From the human T2T-CHM13v2.0 reference genome, Homo sapiens: a stretch of DNA of 64,000 bases. The notes under the pieces were generated by a model. The model worked only from the letters and a program-made list of their open reading frames with translations, had not been told where the DNA came from and did no database searches. Below are positions 55,120 to 64,000 of the stretch, in pieces. The first letter of the stretch is position 1, and each line of letters starts with the position of its first letter. The stretch is taken from NCBI RefSeq assembly GCF_009914755.1, contig NC_060930.1; one strand, given 5' to 3'. Both the position numbers and the translations under genes were made by a program.

Positions 55120-56440
55120 TATTCATTCAGCCACTCATTTCTTCCTTTGTTGAAGAAAATGTCTCTTGAATACACACTCTGTCCTAGGCCTTGTTCTAGA
55201 TACAAGGGTAAAAAGGAATTGTTCTCTGATTCTAGGAGGTTTTATTCTCCTGGGAAGTACAGATAAAGAGACATTTAAGAAAAGGTGAGCTTTGTGGGTA
55301 AGTAGAGTTGCTATGAATGTAGTTTACAGAGGGAGCATGAGAAAAGAAACTCTGTCTGAGAAACATTAATCCCCTTTAAATGATCGACCCCCCTGAGAGG
55401 TGTGGAAACGTGGCAGCAGTCCCCTCTCACTCACCCTTGAGCTAGGTAATCACCTCTTGAAGCTACTTGCTCTGCTGGCTCTACACTGATGCCAAACAGA
55501 CATAAATTATCTTCTCAGTGCCATACACTGCATATGCTGGACACCATAACTCACACTCTATAGTTCAACAATGCATAGCCAATCACTAATCTATGTTATT
55601 TTCATAGACTAATGAGAATTCCTGAAAACAACTTTTGTCATCACCTGGCCTCCTTATTGGTTCTTTTTTCTTTAAAAACTCAAGACTCTTGTTTGTTCCC
55701 AGATCAGGTCCCAAGGTAACTTGGAAGTGTTTCCAGGCTGCAGTCCCCAATCTTGGCCTAAATAAACTCTGCATTAATTTTGCCTCAGTTTCTTTCTTTA
55801 GTTGACAAACATGTGCTACAGCGTTGAAGGGTTAGGAAAGGCTGCCCTGAAGAAGTTAATACCCAAGAGAGAGAGTGATGATTGAGGAGAGGTGTAGAAA
55901 ACAGAAATGTGGGTGAGGGGTGGGGGAAGGACAAGGCTGGAAGATGCCCCAGGGAGAGTGAGAATGATTCAATATGGCTACAGTATCCAGAGTAGGAGAA
56001 TAAAACTATGCCAGAGAGGTCAGTGAGGACTAGATGATGTAATCTCTAAGTTCCATTGGAGAAACAAATACATAAACAAATATAAAATCAAAACTAACAC
56101 AAACAAACATGTTAATTGCCGTACAGAAATGGCGAAGACTAAGTGCTACGAGAGCATAGGAGAGTCAGTGCTAGCTTTGCCTGGAAGAAGTCATAAAGAA
56201 GTTGGATAAGGTTTTGAAGGGCGAGGCATCGACCACACGAGAAAGCAGTGGAGCGTTGTCACACAGAGGACGTTGCTGTGCACTGTCACAACGAACCACT
56301 TGAGGATGGTGGAGTGAATGGTCTGAGGAGAAGAAGGATGGGAGACAGGACTACAAAAGGTGTGTCCTGCATGATACGACATGGGGAGGAATTTCAACTT
56401 CACTCTGGGTAAATCAGAAACCAACAAAGGATTTTAAGCT
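55120..56440 (-). mobile_element. L2 remnants flanking the ERV1 LTR
   Basis: attcattcagccactcatt...ctaggccttgttctagatac; ggaaaggctgccctgaagaagt. Confidence 0.5.
55353..55807 (+). mobile_element. ERV1 (MER4-group) solo LTR
   Basis: tagccaatcact CCAAT, tttaaaaac TATA-like, aataaactct polyA, ends ttagttgaca; left boundary approximate. Confidence 0.7.
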
Positions 56441-56449
56441 TACACATGA

Positions 56450-56956
56450 TGTTTTTGTTTTCTATTACTGCATAACAAAGCACTTCAAAATTTAGAGGCT
56501 TAAAATAGCAGCAATTTTCAATTTGTAACGATTCAATGGGCAGCAGGGCAGTTCTCCGTGTCAGGTCAACTGGGGTCTCCCATGCAGCTGCATTCAACTG
56601 GGAACTCAGCAGGGGCTGAAAATCCAAGATGCCTCACTCATGTTGAGGCCTTGGTGCTGGCTATTGGCTAAGGTGCCTCATTCCTCCCACACAGCCCCTC
56701 TTCCTCCAACAGTCACTCATAAACCATCCTCCTTACAGCATGGTGGCTGGAATCCAAAAGGGAAGATTTCTAGGGGACAATCCCGGACATGCCAGCACTT
56801 ATGAAATCTCCAATTGCATCATTATTGTTAATACCTGATTAGTCAAAGCAAGTCATCTGGTCAACCCCAGAGTCAATGTAGGTTGTGATTTCTCAAGGGC
56901 ATGACTTCTGGGAGACATAACTCATTGAGGAGCCACCAATGTGAAAGTCTACCACA
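56450..56956 (-). mobile_element. MaLR solo LTR (MLT1F/G/H-like)
   Basis: ttttctattactgcataacaaa...ggcttaaaa ... gtcaaagcaagtca ... gtctaccaca. Confidence 0.8.
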
Positions 56957-57410
56957 GTGTGAGAAGGAAACCTTCTCATAGTATGGAGGATGGTGTGGAA
57001 GAGTGAACAGGGACATCATTGAAAAGCTGTTACGATGTTTTATGAAAAAGGTAAAGGGTGACTATATTCTAGCATATAGGATAAAATTAAGGTAAGAACC
57101 ATTGCTAAAGTAGAATAAATATAACGTGATGACTTACTTGATGTGAGGGGTTAGAGAGCAGGAGAAAGAGACTGAGAGTAAATAGCTTAGTTGGAGACAT
57201 CTAGTAGACTTGTATATTCTGCCTGGGGGTATTTGAAAAGTAGAGATATTGTTTTGGGAATGACAGATAAAGCCAGGGTAATACATTAGATCACAGAAAA
57301 GAGAAGTAACCATCAAAAGAGATTAAGACAAATGGTTAGCAACATAAAAACCAAACGAGAATAGTCTCATTTGGAACTCAGAATAAGATAAAGTAATGGA
57401 GAGATCAATA

Positions 57411-57722
57411 CAGTAGTACTCCCATATCCGTGGTTTCTCTTTCCTCAGTTTCAGTTACCCGCAATCAACAGTGGTCCACAAATATTAAGTGGAAAATTAC
57501 AGAACTAAATATTCACATAACTTTGATAATAATATGTTGTTATGATTGTTCTATTTTGTTGTTAGTTTACTATCCTACTGTGCCTAATTTATAAATTAAA
57601 CTTTATGATAGGTATGTATGTATAGGAAAAAACAGTATATACAGGGCTCAGTGCTATCTGCAGTTTTAGGCATCCACTGGGAACACTGGAACTTATCCCT
57701 GAAGGACAAGGGGGAATTACTG
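57411..57722 (+). mobile_element. MER44A/Tigger7 MITE
   Basis: cagtagtactcccatatcc ... gacaagggggaattactg, flanked by TA on both sides. Confidence 0.9.
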
Positions 57723-59839
57723 TATTGTCAAATTTGATGTCAAGTAAAATAAAGATGAAAATTTGTGATTGTGATTGGTAATTAGGATGCCAATGATATT
57801 CTTTAGGGTTGATAGTTGAGTGCTTCAGGATGGTAACAAATTATAGTGAACTGGAATGAGTGAGGTATAAAGAAGTAGAGATAATACCTCTTTGGATTTT
57901 CCTAACATCCTCTGAATCCAGCAGCCACTGGTGGCTGTTAGTCCTGTCCATGTGGCTCTGTGAACACTGAGATCAAGTCTATCCACCAAATGTCAAGTTG
58001 TTTGGAATGTGGTCCTAAGGTCACATGCCCAGTCAGGCATCCAATAGCTGGAGAATTAAGCTCTCACACTGAGTATATCTCCTATTACAAGATGTCTCTT
58101 ATTAATCTAAACAGCTATAGTTTAATGAAGGAGAGAGAAAGAGAAAGGGGATAAGAGAAAGAAAATGAGAAATTTTTCAAAGAGAAAATCAAGGACTATT
58201 TGAAAGATGGAGGAGGTATAGAAGTTACTTGAGCCATTAATATATCTATTATCTGTTATATATTATGCTTGCCATTTATAGCTGAAATCAAGTTTGACCA
58301 TTATAATACAAAGATTAGTCTAGGAACCTATTCAGCATCCGGATTGTGACATAAGGAAGCCATATTGCTAAGTACATGCTTCTTTTATAAAGCAAAATTC
58401 CAATTACCTAAAACAATCATTCCAACTGTGACCAAACTTCTTTCTGCTCATGAGTGGGGTGCTTTGTTTTATTGTGTACAGAAGCCATGAAATCATACAA
58501 ACTTAAACCTCCAAGCCACGGAATAAAGATTCTTCTTTATCCTATGTTGTATGTTAAATGTTGCAAAGATCCAAATAAAATGTCCTTATAAATGTAATTC
58601 AAATATCATATGGGCCTCACTACCCTTAAATGCTACCTCAAATCTTCTCACTCTTGTACATACTTAATTCCATTACCTAAGACCTTCCCTCATATTTCTG
58701 AATCCCCAAGGCAAGGTGAGGGAAAGGTCAACTCTGTTCATGGATTCCTCTACTCCCTGGGCTGCTGCTTCTTCATGTCTGTTTTCTGTTCAGCTCTGAT
58801 TGACACTAGTGTTTCATTCAGCCACTTTGAATTTTTTAAATATCTCAACCCACGCAAAGCATATTTAAGAATACAGACTTCATTAAGATTCCCAGGGCAA
58901 GGCAAGGTTGAGCAGTCTCAGAATTGATTTATCTTTTTGGCTTCTCTATCTTCTTTCCTCATGCTCAGGAGGAGTCATCATCTTTTCCCCTCCATTTGAG
59001 ATGTAAAACAAATCCACTTCTTCTTCAGTCTCATGCAGCGAACCCCCTTGCTGGTTATCACAGCTGGTTCTTACCTCCCCAAGCAGGATCCATCCAGATC
59101 ATTTCCCAGTAAAGATATTTTTTTTTTTACAAGGGGAAGGCTGACGCCAGCTATTAATATATTCTCCAACCCTACTACATAATGAATAATATCTGCTCAA
59201 TGTCTGGTAATCATATGCTGGAAATTTTTCCAGGGTGATTTTCTATTTTGCAATACTATTGTTTTTAATAAATGCAATTCATTTTGCATACAAAAAAACG
59301 TGCTATGTGTTTCTATAACATTCTATAATAATTAGATGATATAAAATTAAATACTCTATAGTTATATATTATACATATACATAAATTCAAAACTTGGAGA
59401 AAATAATTCATCAGATCATGTGTTTAGTTTTTATTATTTGGAAAACATGCTCATTTTACTGGTGGTAGCCATGGCTTAGAAAGGTGGGAAAAATGGATTG
59501 GAAGCCTATACAAGTACTTATATCCATCTCAGTTTTTGCAGAAAGAAACTGGGAAGATATGAATATGATGTTTCTGCGGCCAATAACCATAGCCTGCTTA
59601 GTCTCTAAGGGTCCACTCAACTAAGAATGAGAAAGAGCTCATACTTCCTCCAACGCTTACATAAGTCTTTGCTGCAATGTTCACCATTCTCAAGTTGACA
59701 TCATAGGACTTATTTCATACATAAAGACACAGAATCTCAGAAAAACCTGCAAAGACTATTCTCAATTTGTAGAATGATAGGGGAATGCATGGGCGTTTCA
59801 CATGAGTGAAAAGGTAACGGCTTCTATTTTGACTCTGGC

Positions 59840-60010
59840 ATTTATTTTAGGTACCCAACTTTGGGCAAATGACTTAATTCCCCTATGCCCTAGTGTTTGT
59901 ATCTGGAAAATAACACCACCACCTACCTCCTAGGCTCACTGTGACTTTTACATGAGTGAATACGTGTGATGCTCCTGGAAGAACGCCTGACGCACAGTAA
60001 GCACACATTG
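59840..60010 (+). mobile_element. MIR
   Basis: actttgggcaaatgacttaattccctatgccctagt...cacagtaagcac. Confidence 0.65.
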
Positions 60011-61744
60011 AAATCCAACGGTCCTAGCTGCTTTCAGACTCAGATCAAGGGGATATTCTAAAAGGTAATACTTGAAAATATTATTTGGTCTCTCACAGAA
60101 GTTTAGATAAGATTCTCTGTAGTGATATGTATTTGATTAACATTTTATTGTTTCTTTGGTATTTTTCATTTATTATTTAGTGCCAGCCAGCATGAGGAAT
60201 GGCAGGATCCCCAAACCCCTTGGGCCCCAAATGGCCTCTGCATTCTCTGCCTTGGCCCTCCTGGGTCCTTCTCAGGCTCCCTGACTCCAAGGAGGGCTTA
60301 TCACCTGCAGCCACAGCACCACGCAGGTCTCCTGTGGGAGGGACGTCAGTCTCTTGGTCATCAAATGGTATATCAAGTTAGAGGGTTTTGCCAAAATTTC
60401 TGCTTAAAGCCTCAGAATTTAAATTTATGTGACAGGTATCACCTCACAGCAATTTTTTTAAGCAACTTTTTCCCCCCTAACCAACAAAATACTGTATTTT
60501 AAATAAACTGTTCCACTGCATTGACTTTTACAACAGATAGTTGATAGAACTCTATAAAGTGAATTCTTTCCTAAGCTGTTGTACTAGTGTACCTTGCGGT
60601 CAGGATTACATTTTTTTCTATGGTCTTGTCGTTAATTAATTTTCAGTGACCCTTTATAATTCATTTGACATTAATTATAAAATATAACTTACAACGTTCA
60701 CCAAAACTTAAAAAACATAAAAATGAAACTACCGGGAGGCAATCACTGTTAGACTTGGTGTAGATGTCCAGAATTACTTCTTGCACCATATGCAATCAGA
60801 AATACATATTTTCACAAATGCGTATAATCATATAAATTATATAAATTAGGAACTATATAAATTAGGATTTTGTATCCAGATTTCTTATTTAGCATCTTTC
60901 CATGATCACAAATGGTACTCTACATGATCATTTTTGCCATATACTCTGATTTTTAAAACAATTCCTTCTTAATACACATTTAGATTTTTTCCCACATAGG
61001 ATTATAAACTCTGTGAACATATTTCTTTGAATTTAGTCACCAAAATAAATCTAAGGCAAGAGGAGACACAAAAGAAGACACTAAAAAATACAAGCATTCA
61101 TATGATTAGGTTTGCCCCTAAAATTCCCTCCGTAGTTGTGTCTTGCTGTAAGGGTGGAGTTACTTACATGGCTCCTTATTCAGCCACACGTTTGATTTGA
61201 GTGCTCAGGACACATGAAGCCCTTAAGCTGTGCACACTCTCTGTATTTAGGTTGTTTTTTATAAGAGTTTAATAATTCAGCATTTGAGGAGTTTCCCTGA
61301 AGTCTATAATTACTGTTTCCATGATTCCCTTACAATAATTTTAAAGCATCTTCAGTCATAATTTTTGGCTCTAAATCCAAACCACCTGAAAGGTGCCCAG
61401 CCTGTGTAGCTCTTCCAAGACCCCCATTTCACTGGTCGTGTCAGCCTGGGAGATGTTATGTAAAAGTAAACAACAATGACCCAATAGGTTGCCCAGGATA
61501 TTTATGATCAAACATGTTATATGTGTAAAGGAATTCATTTTTATCTCTGTGTGTGTACACATATATGTGTATTTTATCATATATTTGTAAAGATGCATAT
61601 AGACACATGTATCATGAAATTCAAACCTCTAGCAATCTTCTCCATTATTTTGCTAATTGTCTGGAGTTTTGAGTAAAAATTTTCCAAGGAATATAGCCTA
61701 GAACAACAAGTTCTTTTTTTGAGAGTAGACTAATAATAGCTCAT

Positions 61745-62110
61745 GCTTACTGCAGCAGTTCCCCCCAGAAGGATCCCCAAGCACTCAGCAGAACACGTAC
61801 ATAGAATTAGCATCACTCATCCAGCGGAGGGAGGCATATGGAATCCAATAGCCATTCTTCACCTGCCATGTTACGAAGCCTAGCACAGTAGGATTTAAGA
61901 GCATGATCAAAGAGTAACTTTTCTAACTGAATCTCCAGGGAAATACAGGGTGACAGTATAATTACCCCAGTTAGAATTTAGCCAGCCACAGAATTAATAC
62001 TACCACTACTCTTGTAGGAAACAAAGAGACAGGAGAGGACTCAAAGGTCTTTAATGGCCAAAAGAGGTCAAGCCCTCAGTTTTATATCTCACCCCAGAGA
62101 CACATGAGAT
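61745..62110 (-). mobile_element. AmnSINE1 (DeuSINE) ancient SINE
   Basis: minus strand reads GTGAGATATAAAACTGAGGGCTTGACCTCTTTTGGCCATTAAAGA...AAGAGTAG...TGGCTAAATTCTAACTGGGGTAATTA...GTGCTTGGGGATCCTTC, colinear with the recalled AmnSINE1 Deu-domain and 3' tail. Confidence 0.8.
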
Positions 62111-62560
62111 ATTTCCCCCCTGACCAGGATGCCATCCAAGGCTGTTTCTTCTATTTTTTAACTAGACTGGAGAAATAGTCATTATTTTAATAGTGCATTG
62201 CACTTAGGTTGCTAAGGTTACCTAGTGACCCTAAGACCTGAAGCCTGAGCAGGTAATCACAGTGGAAAAGACAGCTTGGTTTCCCTTGCCATGGCTGTGA
62301 ATAGAGAAATGGCTTTGCCTGCAAAACCTTGCTGTTTTGAGGAGAAAGACATACAGGATAAATGTGTCCTTTAAGGGTGAACATTCGGTGTTTCTGGCTG
62401 CATTGCCATGAATGAAAAGCCCTTGGCATTGGGAGGCTCAGCAGATTGTGAGGTGGGACGGTCCCCAACCTTTTCCTTAGTATCGTGCCCAACAGCAGAA
62501 GTAACTAGGGGCCAAGCCAGGAACTTCTCTCTGCTCTGCTCCTACTTGCCTTTTAGGTGC

Positions 62561-62947
62561 TGATACGGTTTGGATTTGTGTCTCTGCCCAAATCTCATAT
62601 GAAATTGTGATCCCCAGTGTTGGAGGAGAGGCCTGGTAGGAGGTGACTAGATCATGGGGGCAGATTTCCCCCTTGCTGTTCTCATGAGAGTGAGTTTCCA
62701 GGAGATCTGGCTGTTTAAAAGTGGGTGGCACCTCCCCCGCTCTCTCTTCCTCCTTCTCTGGCCATGTAAGATGTGCCTGCTTCCCCTCCTCGGTCCACCA
62801 TGATTATAAGTTTCCCGAGGCCTCCCCAGCCTTGCTTCCTGCACAGCCTGCAGAACCGTGAGTCAATTATAAATTACCCAGTCTTTGCTTTATAAATTAC
62901 CCCGTCTCAGGTAGCTCTTTATAGCAATGCAACAACAGACTAATAGA
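62561..62947 (+). mobile_element. MaLR solo LTR (MSTA/B-like)
   Basis: tgatacggtttggatttgtg ... ctaataga; perfect 5-bp TSD ggtgc. Confidence 0.93.
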
Positions 62948-64000
62948 GGTGCATCCCTATCTCAGAATCCCACAGAGTCACTGTGAGGGTCTCAAGGTCA
63001 GAGGAGCTGTGGAGAAAACCCTGTGCTTCCCTCCAAAGGAAAGCCCAGTGAAAAGCTTTTCTAGAACTCCTTTGTAGGCTATTTTATGAAAGTTGATCAA
63101 AAGTTTTCAAGTGTTCACACATCCTTAATTAGTAGCATCTTGGGTACTTCCACCAAGATGCAGGAGGCACCCATGCCCTCAAGAAAAGCAGGCTAGATCT
63201 GGGCATTTTCTTCCTTTATAGAAGGGAGGTTTGAAGAATAATTTTACAATTAGATAACATTAAGGATGATGAAAGCTAGAGAGCGGAAAGCAGCCAGAAT
63301 TAATTACTTACTTGAGGGTCTGCTCAGGCCTCTTTGGCAGTGTTCATGCTGATTTTATTATGGCAAATTAACCCTTGATATTCAACTCCAGGAGAGCTCA
63401 GTACAGCTGCAGACTCCAGGGCCCCTCCAAATGGAGAGTTCTGTTTCTTGAGCTCACCATCCCCCACAAGCTCTTCTCCAGCAATGGCCTCCCCACCAGG
63501 CCACTCCATTTCCTCATCATTTTCATTCTCTTAATTTCATTTGTTTGATCACTAAGTGGACATGATATTTCCAGAAAGAAAACTACTTTGGAAAACATTA
63601 TTGCTGCAACTTCCAGTCCTCTGTCCCTCTTCAGGTCCCTGAAAGTAATTCACGTATGTCTGCCCTATAAGAGATGGATGCTTGTCTGAATAAATAAATA
63701 AATTATGTACAACAATTTAAAATTCCTGCCACTCCTTTATCTAGCACTTATTTAAGCAACATTGATTAAATACCTTACTATGCACAGGGAGCTCTTTTGG
63801 GGTTATGAGGAGTACAAACATGTATAAAATGTGGCTCCTGACATCAAAAACATAGGTAAAGGTAGATATGAGTTAAAAAGTTTATGTATTCTGTTTTAGA
63901 AAATTATGTCATATTTTCATAAAATAGCATAAAACTACTACAGTGAGAATGCTGCTCTCAATATAAATACTTGTGTTTCTTCAAGGTAAAAAGTATTTGG

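Overview
Primate (human-like, contains AluY/AluS/AluJ) AT-rich, CpG-depleted, non-coding genomic DNA, intergenic or deep intronic. I cannot support any protein-coding gene, tRNA, rRNA, CRISPR array or CpG island. The supplied ORFs that I could trace fall in Alu, LTR, L1 or simple repeats, and the rest resemble no protein I recognise. Roughly half the window is recognisable transposon debris: 11 Alus, several L1/HAL1/L2/MIR remnants, MaLR/ERVL/ERV1 solo LTRs (several with target-site duplications), Tigger MITEs and two decayed hAT/Charlie transposase segments. Most notable: (1) an interleaved double inverted duplication A-(TA)n-B-(TA)n-A'-X-B' at 52.3-53.3 kb, with about 96-97% identical arms, that looks like a multi-template-switch rearrangement; (2) a probable ancient AmnSINE1 (DeuSINE) at about 61.75-62.1 kb; (3) a perfect HNF1 palindrome with T-box/MEIS and C/EBP motifs at 54.4-54.7 kb; (4) several splice-site-bounded candidate non-coding exons. 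Repeat subfamily names come from recalled consensus sequences and need RepeatMasker/Dfam confirmation. Boundaries of old repeats are approximate.
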